Source of the DNA: Pristiophorus japonicus
Lineage: Eukaryota
Length of the DNA: 64,000 bases
NCBI RefSeq assembly: GCF_044704955.1
Contig: NC_091992.1
Span: 101,990,001-102,054,000, forward strand
Reading direction: 5' to 3'
Within the stretch, counting starts at the first letter, position 1, and each line of letters starts with the position of its first letter. Shown one piece after another: positions 49,840 through 62,272 of this stretch. The position numbers and the translations under genes were made by a program. The notes beneath the pieces are model-generated. The model made no database searches. It worked only from the letters and a program-made list of their open reading frames with translations, and was not told the DNA's origin.

Positions 49840-52800
49840 TGTTATGTCTTTAGATGCTCTGATAATGACTCCACGGGGCAATGTGTTGTACTTGAACTGT
49901 AGTGACCTTAGCCTTTTATTGATAACTCCAGAGTGAGAATCACACCTGGTGGGCTGCCTTTTATACTAGGCCAGGCACACCTGTACAGGTAACCTGCAAA
50001 TCTCCCACTACGGTGCCCACTGGTGGCACACCTTTTAATAGTACAAGCAGTAACCATGTTGGATACATGACATCACTCTCCCCCAAACCTTTAGTGCAAA
50101 TCGCCTCTGCATTAACTGTCCTTTGGGCTTAGCGCTATCTGGTTGACCCTTGGCGGGTTGTTTTTATCTTGGATGAGTGGTTGGTGGTTCGTTGGCAATA
50201 GAGTGCTAGTTGTTTCTGTTTGTGTGTCCATGACAACTCCATTCTCTCCCCCCACTCTGCCCCCCCTCCCCCTGTATAGATTATGCTGGAGGCTCATTTC
50301 ATTCATATATATTCAAGTCTAGAAAAAAAAAATTGCATTAACATCATGACATTTGTGGTTCAGTTGTGAGGCAAGTACATCTGACTGGTGAGATGCATTC
50401 TTGATACGTACTAGGAATCGGTACAGGGGTCAGCACTGATGAGTAGGGACAAGCTAGTTCCAGAACTGCTGGATGGTGTCCAGGTAGTCTGGTGGCGGTG
50501 CGGTGCCCAGAGCAGGCAGTGGGAACCTGGTTGGCTCAAGTTGCCTGCTCTTGGGGCTTTTGCTGTTGCTCCTAGCGTCGGGCAGGTTTATAGATGCCTG
50601 TGACCTCCCTGTCCTTTCCTTGCGCCCTGGGTCGCTGCTGCTCCCTGAGGAGCAGTCGTCTAGCAGTGCGCAGGGAATTGTGGACTCGTTTGCCTGGTCG
50701 TTGTTTGGTTTGGGATCCTGGCTGGTCCCGGTCCCATTTGGGAGAACTGTTGTGGGTGACCCTTCGTTCCCGGGCGTGGCCTTGGTGGTGATAGGGTCTG
50801 GGGGCTGCTTCTTAGCACAGTTTGCTCTTTCAGGCTTGTGGCGGTTGGTGCCATCGGGTGCCTGAGAGGTGGAGCCGATCAGGGGCAGGATATCGATACC
50901 AGTGCCGTTGCCCTCCTGAGATCACTTGCTCTGCAGCTTGTATGTATTGGCTGCTTGTGGCCACACTCCATGGTGCATAACTCTGGTCCCAAGGGCACAG
51001 GCTACTACATTGGGTAGCTCGCTGGACCTATGTGTTCCCGATGGTGCCTGCCCGCTGTATTGACTGAATGCAGTTGAAATCCTACATCGCACAACGTTTC
51101 ATTACGCATTGTAAATAAACTGTAGTTCTGATCGCGCTCGCACGCCTTTTCTTTGCTTATTGCATGTACACAACGCTGATCATCAATTACACATCTTACA
51201 TCTAACTCAATGTTGCTATTACATTGAGACTTTTCTTTGCTTATTGCATGTACACAACTCTGATCATCAATTGCACATTTTACATCTAACTCACAGTTGC
51301 TCTTACATTGATTGAAAATGTGGAACTGTCCCTTTAAGTGTGGTGGGTTGCAGGCCTCCTTTAAGAGAGCCTTGCCATCTTTACCCCAATCCTCTTCTCC
51401 GTTTGGTGCCACATGTTGCTCCATCAGCGCTGCACCTCGTGGTCTGGCCGCCGCGATCTTTTCTTCAGCGCATCACCTCGTGGCTTGGGCGCCATCTTTC
51501 CTCCATCCACGATGTCGACTGCAGTGATTCTCTTCTCCCCGGGTTCTGCCACCGAAGCTGGAAAGTTGCCTTTGGATCAGATTTTCTTTCTCCGGAGTCC
51601 TGCCACTGGAGCCTAGAAGGTGCGTTCGAGTCGTCTCAGCTGGATCATCTACACGTAGTCGTGCTGAGCGGTCTGTGCTGGCCTGCTCTCTGGTGCTGTG
51701 CTGGCCTGCTCTCTGGTGCCGGGTCCACCCTCAGGTGAGGGCTTGTTTTGCCTCTGAGCGCAGAGGACGTCGATAGCTGGAGGGATGAAGTCTTCCCAAC
51801 TCCAATGGATTTTCTCCATCCACCTTCTTCCGAATAGCATTGGTCCATCACCTGCAACAATCCACAGAGGTAACTTGTGCACTGCGCCATCATGGAGTAC
51901 CTTTACATCTGCACTACCAACGACTGGGATAAGTTCATCAGTATAGGTGCGCAGCTTTGCCTGAACTGGGACCAACTTGGGTCGTTCAGCTTGATTGTCC
52001 CATAGCCTCTCAAAGCTTCTTAATTCATTACTGACTACCTCGCCCCCGTGACCACTTCCATGAAGACTGGAATGACATTTATCTGGACTTCCATCCTCAA
52101 CGGGGAACACTCGGTGGTGCAGGTAAACATGCTATATACCTCATCATGATGCTGAGCTGCCTCTCTGCCTATCGTTTCATAATCTGCGCTGAATTCATGG
52201 CCATTTGCAGACTCTCCATCAACACAGTGAATCATATGTCTTTTACACAATTGCTGGAGATGGCCCTTTGTGCTGCAGCCTTTACACACATAGTCTTTAA
52301 AGCGAGCCCTGTGATTCCCTCAGCTACTCGATTAGCCCCCCTCGGCAGACTCTGAGTTAAGGGATTCAGGGGCCTGTTCTCTCTTCCCTGAGAAGGTTCA
52401 CATTCTACAGTCCAGCCTCTAAAAGGCGCCACTTTGTACAGAGTACTTGCCGGGTTTGAGTCCTGAGGATGAGTCATCTGCCTAGAGCCACAAGTCGAGG
52501 CCATGAATGCCTGGCCCTCAGAGATGGCCTTCTCTTTGTGACTGTGGTAACTGCCGACAGTAGCTTATGAAAAAGGCCCTCATGGCCGCTTCCAATGACA
52601 AAGATGCCCTGCTGCGCTTCAGTAAGGTGGTTATCGAAATCACACAGTGCCGCCAGCCTCCTGAGGTTTGCAGCATATTTTGCGATTTCCTGGCCTTCGG
52701 GCCGTCGCTGGGTGTAAAATCGGTATCTGACTGTGAGGATGCTCTCTTTGGGCTTGAGTTGTTCTTGGATCAGCATTACAAGCTCCTTGTATGTCTTCGC

Positions 52801-53263
52801 TGGTGCCAGCAGGTCCCTGACAAGGCCATGGACAGTGGGCCCACAACTGGTTAGCAGGATAGCTCTGCGCTTATCAGTCAGTGTGACCAGATTGTCGCCT
52901 GCCAGGTCATTTGCTGTGAAGAAATGGTTGAGCCTCTCCACAAAGGCGTCCCAATCATCACCATCAGCGAACTATTGCAACGTACCAAGAGTAGCCATTT
53001 TCACGTGACGGTCCCTAATCTTGTCACCAATTGTTATGTCTTTAGATGCTCTGATAATGACTCCATGAGGCTATGTGTTGTACTTGAACTGTAGTAACCT
53101 TAGTCCTTTATTGTTAACTCTAGAGTGAGGATCACACATGGTGGCCTGCCTTTATACTAGGCCAGGCACACCTGTACAGGTAACCTGCAAGCCTCCCACT
53201 GCAATGCCCTCTGGTGGCACACCGTGTAATAGTACAAGCAGTAACCATGTAGGATACATGACA
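49840..53263 (-). mobile_element. Nested non-autonomous Gypsy-type LTR element (gag and protease only)
   Basis: LTRs 49840-50072 and 53032-53263; TSD CTAAG/GTAAG splits the host RNase H (YG[R]|KFTL). PBS TGGTGACAAG, PPT GGGGGAGAGTGA. gag from ~52998 and protease ~51800-52110; no RT or integrase motifs seen. Confidence 0.92.
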
Positions 53264-53563
53264 GTAAGTTTACTCTCATTACGGACCATAAGCCCCTGAC
53301 AACAATCCTCCATCCAAAGTCCCCAGTTCCAACATTAGCTACAGCCCGAATGCAGAGATGGGCTTTGATTTTGTCAGCATATATATATATAATATTGAAT
53401 ACAGATGATCAGCTCATCACAGTAATGCTGAGGCTATGTCTAGATTGCCTTCCCCATCGCAAGTTACACCCGATAGGGAAGAGGTGTTCAATTTTTCATA
53501 CACTGATGAACTGCCAGTCACAGCTGAAGAGATGGGTAGAGCAACCAAACGTGACCCTGTTAT

Positions 53564-56500
53564 AAGAACATAAGAACAAAAGAATTAGGAACAGGAGTAG
53601 GCCATCTAGCCCCTCGAGCCTGCTCCGTCATTCAACAAGATCATGATTGATCTGGCTGTGGACTCAGCTCCACTTACCCGCCCGCTCCCCGTAACCCTTA
53701 ATTCCATTATTGGTTAAAAATCTATCTATCTGTACATTCAATGAGCTAGCCTCAACTGCTTCCTTGGGCAGAGAATTCCACAGATTAACAACCCTCTGGG
53801 AGAAGAAATTCCTTCTCAACTCAGTTTTAAATTGGCTCCCCCGTATTTTGAGGCTGTGCCCCCTAGTTCTAGTCTCCCCGACCAGTGGAAACAACCTCTC
53901 TGCCTCTATCTTGTCTATCCCTTTCATTATTTTAAATGTTTCTATAAGATCACCCCTCATCCTTCTGAACTCCAACGAGTAAAGACCCAGTCTACTCAAT
54001 CTATCATCATAAGGTAACGCCCTCATCGCCGGAATCAGCCTAGTGAATCGTCTCTGTAACCCCTCCAAAGCTAGTATATCCTTCCTTAAGTAAGGTGATC
54101 AAAACTGCACGCAGTACTCCAGGTGCGACCTCACCAATACCCTATACAGTTGCAGCAGGACCTCCCTACTTTTGTACTCCATCCCTCTCGCAATGAAGGC
54201 CAACATTCCATTCGCCTTCCTGATTACCTGCTGCACCTGCAAACTAATTTTTTGGGATTCATTGAATGGAGAGAAATTACAACATGCTGTGGTGCAGAGG
54301 GACCTGGGGGTCCATGAAACTCTTTTTTTTTACCAAAAAGAGTTTCATGCACAAGGACCCCCAGGTCCCTCTGCACCACAGCATGTTGTAATTTCTCTCC
54401 ATTCAAATAATATTCCATTTTACTGTTTTTTTTTCCAATGTGGATGACCTCACTTTTTCCGACATTGTATTCCATCTGACAAACCTTAGCCCATTCGCTT
54501 AAGCTATCTAAATCTCATTGCAGGCTCTCTGTATCCTCTACACAACCCGCTTTCCCACTAATCTTTGTGTCATCTGCAAATTTTGTTACACTACACTCTG
54601 TCCCCTCTTCCAAGTCATCTGTGTATATTGTAAACAGTTGTGGTCCCAGCACCGATCCCTGTGGCACACCACGAACCACCGATTTCCAACCCAAAAAGGA
54701 CCCATTTATCCTGACTCTCTGCTTTCTGTTAGCCAGCCAATTCTCGATCCATGCTAATACATTTCCTCTGACTCCGCGTACCTTTATCTTCTGCAGTAAC
54801 CTTTTGTGTGGCACCTTATCGAATGCCTTTTGGAAATCTAAATACTCCACATCCATCAGCACACCTCTATCCACCATGCTCATTACATCCTCAAAGAATT
54901 TCAGTAAATTAGTTAAACATGATTTCCCCTTCATGAATCCATGTTGCGTCTGCTTGATTGCATTATTCCTATCTAGATGTCCCGCTATTTCTTCCTTAAT
55001 GATAGCTTCAAGCATTTTCCCCACTACAGATGTTAAACTAACCAGTCTATAGTTACCTGCCTTTTGTCTGCCCCCTTTTTTAAACAGAGGCGTTACATTA
55101 GCTGCTTTCCAATCTGCTGGTACCTCCCCAGAGTCCAGAGAATTTTGGTAGATTATAACGAACGCATCTGCTATAACTTCCGCCATCTCTTTTAATACCC
55201 TGGGATGCATTTCATCAAGACCAGGGGACTTGTCTACCTTGAGTCCCATTAGCCTGTCCAGCACTACCCCCCTAGTGATAGTGATTGTCTCAAGGTCCTC
55301 CCTTCCCACATTCCTGTGACCAGCAATTTTTGGCATGGTTTTTGTGTCTTCCACTGTGAAGACCGAAGCAAAATAATTGTTTAAGGTCTCAGCCATTTCC
55401 ACATTTCCCATTATTAAATCCCCCTTCTCACCTTCTAAGGGACCAACATTTACTTTAGTCACTCTTTTCCGTTTTATATATCGGTAAAAGGTTTTACTAT
55501 CTGTTTTTATGTTTTGCGCAAGTTTACTTTCGTAATCTATCTTTCCTTTCTTTATTGCTTTTTTAGTCATTCTTTGCTGCTATTTAAAATTGTCCCAATC
55601 TTCTAGTTTCCCACTAACCTTGGCCATCTTATACGCATTGGTTTTTAATTTGATACTCTCCTTTATTTCCTTGGTTATCCACGGCTGGTTATCCCTTCTC
55701 TTACCGCCCTTCTTTTTCACTGGAATATATTTTTGTTGAGCACTATGAAAGAGCTCCTTAAAAGTCCTCCACTGTTCCTCAATTGTGCCACCGTTTAGTC
55801 TGTGTTCCCAGTCTACTTTAGCCAACTCTGCCCTCATCCCACTGTAGTCCCCTTTGTTTAAGCATAGTACACTCGTTTGAGACACTACTTCCTCACCCTC
55901 AATCTGTATTACAAATTCAACCATACTGTGATCACTCATTCCGAAAGGATCTTTTACCAGGAGATAATTTATTATTCTTGTCTCATTACACAGGACCAGA
56001 TCTAAGATAGCTTGCTCCCTTGTAGGTTCTGTAACATGCTGTTCTAAGAAACAATCCCGTATGCATTCTATGAATTCCTCCTCAAGGCTACCCCGTGCGA
56101 TTTGATTTGACCAATCGATATGTAGGTTAAAATCTCCCATGATTACTGCCGTTCCTTTTTCACATACCTCCATTATTCCCTTGATTATTGCCCGCCCCAC
56201 CGTGAAGTTATTATTTGGGGGCCTATAAACTACGCCCACCAGTGACTTTTTCCCCTTACTATCTTAATCTCCACCCACAATGATTCAACATTTTGTTCAT
56301 TAGAGCCAATATCATCTCTCACAACTGCCCTGATATCATCCTTTATTAACAGAGCTACCCCATCTCCTTTCCCTTCTTGTCTATCTTTCTGAATTGTCAG
56401 ATACCCCTGTATGTTTAATTCCCAGTCTTGGCCACCCTGCAACCATGTTTCTGTTATGGCCACCAAATCATACCCATTTGTGATGATTTGTGCCGTCAAC

Positions 56501-58173
56501 TCATTTACTTTATTTCGAATGCTGTGTGCATTTAGGTAGAGTGTTTTAATACTAGTTTTTAAACCATGATTTTTAGTTTTGACCCCTCCTGCAGCCCCTT
56601 TATATTCATACATATTGTCCCTTCCTATCACCTTGTGGCTTTCACTTAGCCCAGTGCTACTCTGCTTTATTGCCTCCTGCCTTTTGCATTCTTTTTTGAG
56701 GTCCTGTTCATCTGAGCTCTCACCCACTCTAACTAGCTCAGAGCCCTCTCCTGGGTTCCAAATACTCCTCGCATTGAGGCACTGAGCTTTCATGCTTGCC
56801 TTTTTATTACACTTTGACCCTTTAGAATTTTGCTGTACAGTGGCCCTTTTTGTTTTTTGCCTTGGGTTTCTCTGCCCTCCACTTTTACTCATCACCTTTC
56901 TGTCTTTTGCTTCTGTCTCCATTTTGTTTCCCTCTGTCTCCCTGCATTGGTTCCCATCCCCCTGCCATATTAGTTTAACTCCTCCCCAACAGCACTAGCA
57001 AACACTCCCCCTAGGGCATTGGTTCCGGTCCTGCCCAGGTGCAGACCGTCCGGTTTGTACTGGTCCCACCTCCCCCAGAACCGGTTCCAATGCCCCAGGA
57101 ATTTGAATCCCTCCCTGCTGCACCACTGCTCAAGCCACGTATTCATCTGAGCTATCCTGCGATTCCTACTCTGACTAGCACGTGGCACTGGTAGCAATCC
57201 CGAGATTACTACTTTTGAGGTCCTACTTTTTAATTTAGCTCCTAGCTCCTTAAATTCTTCTCGTAGGACCTCATCCCTTTTTTTTACCTATATCGTTGGT
57301 ACCAATGTGCACCACGACAACTGGCTGTTCACCCTCCCTTTTCAGAATGTCCTGCACCCGCTCCGAGACATCCTTGACCCTTGCACCAGGGAGGCAACAT
57401 ACCATCCTGGAGTCTCGGTTGCGGCCGCAGAAATGCCTATCTATTCCCCTTACAATTGAATCCCCTATCACTATCACTCTGCCACTCTTTTTCCTGCCCT
57501 CCTGTGCAACAGTGCCAGCCACGATGCCATGAACTTGACTGCTGCTGCCCTCCCCTGATGATTCATCCCCGTCAACAGTACTCAAAGCGGTGTATCTGTT
57601 TTGCAGACGGGTGACCACAGGGAACCCCTGCACTACCTTCCTTGCACTGCTCTTCCTGCTGGCGTTCCATTCCCTATCTGGCTGTGGACCCTTCACCTGC
57701 GGTAAGACCAACTCACTAAACGTCCTACTCACGTCATTCTCAGCATCGTGGATGCTCCAGAGTGAATCCACCCTCAGCTCCAATCCCGCAACGCGGACCG
57801 TCAGGAGCCGGATGTGGACACACTTCCCGCACATGTAGTCGTCAGGGACACCGGAAGTGTCCCTGAGTTCCCACATGGTACAGGAGGAGCATATTACGTG
57901 ACCGAGCTCTCCTGCATGACTTAACCCTTAGATACACTTAAATTGGCAACAACAATGCTAAAGCTTACTCACTGATATAGAAGAGAAAAAAGAAAAACTA
58001 CTCACCAATCATCAGCCAAACACTTACCCCCTTGGCTGTGACGTCACCTTTCTATTCCTTTCTACTTCTTTTTTTCCTTCTCCCTGTAGCTGCACAAGCC
58101 ACGCCTCTCCACGCACCTCCCGACCTTTTATAGGCCTCACCAACAGACTCATGCTGCTCCCGGCTCAGCGACC
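53564..58173 (-). mobile_element. Full-length CR1 LINE nested in the Gypsy pol
   Basis: ORF1 (~57917-56970) with zinc finger and SGNH esterase (IGDSIVR, CLPGA, HIGTND, DGLHL). ORF2 (56922-53664) with AP endonuclease (YLNAHSI, ITETWL, MGDFN, SDH) and RT, frameshifted. Splits the host TKRDPV|MSKVY, with TAT at both junctions. Confidence 0.97.
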
Positions 58174-60164
58174 TATGTCAAAGGTGTATGATTATATTGC
58201 AAATGAATGGTCAAACCAGGTAACAGACAAAGATATTCATCCATTTTTTATTCGTAGGAATGAATTATCAGTTGATAAAGGTTGTATCATGTGCGGTGCA
58301 AGAGTGGTTATACCAAATAAATTCAGATCCAAATTATCAGGAGACCTCCACGACCAGCACCTGGGAATGTCCTTGACCAAGAGTTTTGCACGCAGTTACT
58401 TATGGTGGCCACATTTTGATAAAGATATAGAGTACATCGTAAGTCAGTATACGACATGTCAATTGGTAAGCAAGCAACCACCATCAGTACCATTACAACC
58501 ATGGAAATGGCCTCCCAGGATGTGGCAAAGGCTACATATTGATTTTGCGGAGTTAGAAGGCCAACAATTGTTCATTGTGATTGATAGCCATTCGAAGTGG
58601 GTCGAGGTGTTTCCAATGTGGAAATAACAACAAGTAAAACATTAGACATTTTGCGAAGATTATTTTCTTCATTTGGCCTCCCAGAAGAAATTGTTTTGGA
58701 TAATGGACCACAATTTCATTCAGAGGAATTTGTACAGTTCACGAGCAAAAATGGTGTGAAACATACCAAGGTTCCACCGTACCACCTGCTTTGAATGGTG
58801 CAGCAGAGCGCACTGTACTAATTGTAAAATGTGCCCTCAAACAAATGTTGGATCCAAATCCAAAGAAACGACAATTGTCATTGGACCACAAACTGGCTAA
58901 TTTTCTAATAACGTATCATAATACTCCTCACACAACTACTGGTAGAACACGAGCCGAGTTGTTTCTCAAACGACAGCCACAAATCAGACTCTCATTGTTA
59001 AAACCAAACTTGGCACAGTCCGTAGAAGAGATACAATTAAGACAGAAAGAGAATCATGATAGAGGTAGAGTAAAAGACAGAAGTGTGAAATTAAATCAGA
59101 AGGTGAGAGTGAAGAACCATCACCATAAATGGGTAAAGTGGTTACCAGTAAGAGTGGTGAAGATATGTGATCCTCGCACATATTTGGTCAAGGTGTTTGA
59201 TAATGGACAGGTTAGGTTTGTTCACATTGATCATATTTTACCCACAGATATGGAAGTAGTTAAGAGTGGGAGTAATTCAATTATTTCTGACTCACTAGAT
59301 AGTTTTGATACACCAGTAGCATATCCTACAAACAAATCCAAGAGAAAGTCAGAATTTAAGTCTGAGTCCGAGTCAGGAAAACAAACAGTCTGAAGTTAAA
59401 GAGAATTCAAATGGAAATCAAGGGCATCCCTTGAAAGAAAACTCCCCTCAGGGTCAGCCTCGAATAAGTTTAAAGGTTTGGAAGGTTCTGTTCAGAGTGA
59501 AGGTATCCTCTTTGAAACAGAAAATAAGTGGTTAAGCTTGATTTGTAAATATAGCAAAATAAGTCCATATCCTTTGTTATGTATAACCATGCAAGTTGTG
59601 TATGATGATTGTTTTTATACTAACTTCTTCATTAAGGAGGGAGAAGTGTAATGTCTGTAGCTCCACACTGTGGATGCCTGTGTTACTGCAGCTAGTGCTG
59701 TTTAATAAAGAGCAGGTCACCTGACCAGCAGGTCAGAGGTTTCCAGAACCTGCAGGTTGTGTGTTGTGTGCTCTCTGAAGATATCACAGTATTAATTAGG
59801 GTTACCAACTCTGATTTGACATATTCCTGGAGATTTGATCATGTGACACTTGCCCACTGTTTGCAAATGTTACTGCATTTAGCTTAGCTAAGTGCAATGA
59901 GAAACATCAAATATCACTGATTCAACAAAAAACATTGTTGATGTAAGTAAATTCAAACTTTTCGTACAATTTCATCACTTTATACAATGCACAGCAGGTT
60001 CTAAAATTAATAAAACCAAAACCAAACTGAATTCAAATAACTCCCACATCTCACTGCTGAAGCTCAGCTTCAGGGCGGTGAGGCTCAGTCCTCAGAGAGG
60101 AGCACCAAAGCTGCCTGACTCCTGAATTATACAAAAGCACACATCACAGGCCCACATAAACTCT

Positions 60165-60460
60165 CCCCCACTTCACTTTGTGTTTCTCCCTCTCCCTCCC
60201 CAGTTTGTGTTTCTCTATCTCTCCCCCTCTCTCCCCCTCCCCCCAGTTTCTCTCCCTCTCCCTCCCCAGTTTGTGTTTCTCTATCTCTCCCTCCCCCTCC
60301 CCCCTAGTTTCTCTCTCTCTCCCTCCCCCACTTTGTGTTTCTCTCCTTCCCCCAGTTTGTTTTCCTCCCTCCCTTCCTTTTACCAGATTGAGTTTATCTC
60401 TCCATCCCTCCCTCCCTCTTCCAGTTTATCCTTTTCTCTCCCTCTCTCTAGTTACTCTCT
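60165..60460. repeat. CT-rich degenerate tandem repeat
   Basis: Recurring CCCCAGTTTGTGTTTCTCT units. Confidence 0.85.
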
Positions 60461-61728
60461 CAGGACTCATTGAGCTTCCAGACGATTTTCATTGTCCCCG
60501 ATGCTGTCATGAAGCCGTGTTTCTAAACAGAGACGAGACCATTTGGGGCACGACACGGTTTGGTTGCAAGCCACGATAGGCGAGGTACATCACACATGTG
60601 GACCGTCCATACAAGAACTTTTTCCCGAGTGGCCTCCTGCAGCACCCGGGAGACCAATCGCCCAGACCCCTGCCCAAAGCTGGATGGTTGGGAATCCTCG
60701 TGCTAAACATATGTTTCACCCATCCCCATATTGCTTTAACCTGGAATATTTTTAATACATATAGGCTGGAGTGTGCAGAAAACCAGCAACTCACTGAGGG
60801 TTCCGATATTGCTGTGAATGCTATTGCTCCAGCTTTATGTTTCGAGCATTATCTCACCTAAACCTGCCTTCTTTTTATAAACAAAATACACCCTGGTCTT
60901 TGTTATTCTGCTGATGCAAGTGGAATTCAAAAGAATTTTTTTTGTTCTGTTTCAGGTCATTTATTTCAGCCAGGAGTGCATACACTGGTCACTTTATTTA
61001 GCCGCAAATGGGCATATTTCATAAACTATCCTGTGCATTAATCTGGCCATGTTGGTGAAATAGTGCAACAAAATATTTACATTTGTTAAAAAAAAACACC
61101 CAGCTAAATGCAGTAGCAGAATGATAATTGTAATCATTAATATTGTCATAAGTTGGTATTTTCTGAAATGTTTGATTTCAGGATAGTGCACTTGTACATA
61201 GAGCATCTGCTGAAAACTCAAGGTTCACAAAGATATCTGCAATATTGGGTAGTCAGCAGGTTTTCAAAGAACTCAAAGTGTATTTTTACTCCCAATGGCA
61301 AAATGGTTCCGATTATATAACCTTAAAGATAAATTAACCATAACTCAAGTAATTTGTTCTTAGATCCCAATTTAACATTTAAAACACTGGATGAGAATGA
61401 ACACACAAGATAAAATGCTCCAAGCAGATTGAAGATAGGTTCCAGTAATTACAACAACTGGCCATCTCCTCCTTTCCCCAAACGGCAATGGTTTTCTTCG
61501 ATCTGCCAACAAATTCAATACGATCTTGGTTTGAATCCCAGACTCTCTATTTACAATTGCAGTCTTAATCTTGAATAACTTTCAAATTTCTAATCTTCAC
61601 TCTCAGTGTCCGTTTAAAGTGTCAAACAGATACATTGGCACTTTAACTGGGACCTTTTATCATAACTGGCCAGTTCCTGCCTAAAACATTAACCCATTTT
61701 CACTTTCAGATTCTGACCAACCTATGAA

Positions 61729-62272
61729 TGGTAGCATAGTGGTTATGTTATTGTACTCGTAATCCAGAGGCCTGGACTAATAATCTAGGGATGTGAATTC
61801 ATAATCCCATCATGCAGCTGAGGAATTTAATTCAGTTAATTAAATAAATCTGGAATTTAAAGAAAAGCTAGTATCTGCAATGGTGACCACATAACTACTG
61901 GATTGTCATAAAAACCCATCTGGTTCACTAATGCCCTTTAGAGAAGGAAATCTGCCGTCCTTACCTGGTCTGGCCTAAATGTGATTCCAGACCCACAGCA
62001 ATGTGGTTAACTCTTAACTGCCCTCTGAAATGGCCTAGCAAGCCATTCAATTGTACCAAACCACTACAACATAGTCATTGTGGGAGTCCCTTCACCACAC
62101 GGACTGCAGTGGTTCAAGAAGGAGGTTCTTCCCTCCAGACTTACAGTAAAAGTGTAGTTGAAGTCATCCCTGGTAACGTTTGACCAGCCATTATACCTTC
62201 TCAAGGGCAATTAGGGACGGGCAATAAAAAGGCCTTGTCAGCAACATCCACATCCCATGAATGAATAAAAAA
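61729..62272 (+). mobile_element. tRNA-derived SINE (same family as 13915-14332)
   Basis: TGGTAGCATAGTGG head, AAAACCCATCTGGTTCACTAATG core, CCCATGAATGAATAAAAAA tail. Confidence 0.85.

Larger units (their letters stand above)
47114..59788 (+). mobile_element. Gypsy/Ty3 LTR retrotransposon, complete but degenerate, with two nested insertions
   Basis: LTRs 47114-47266 and 59647-59788 (TG...CA), perfect 5-bp TSD GTATT, PBS TTTGGCAACGAG, PPT AAGGAGGGAGAAG. Order: gag with zinc knuckle (CFFCRKTGHLAKAC), PR, RT (LDLSNAYLQ, RLPFGVSS), RNase H (LACDAS, TDHKPL), then integrase (58174-59390). Confidence 0.97.
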
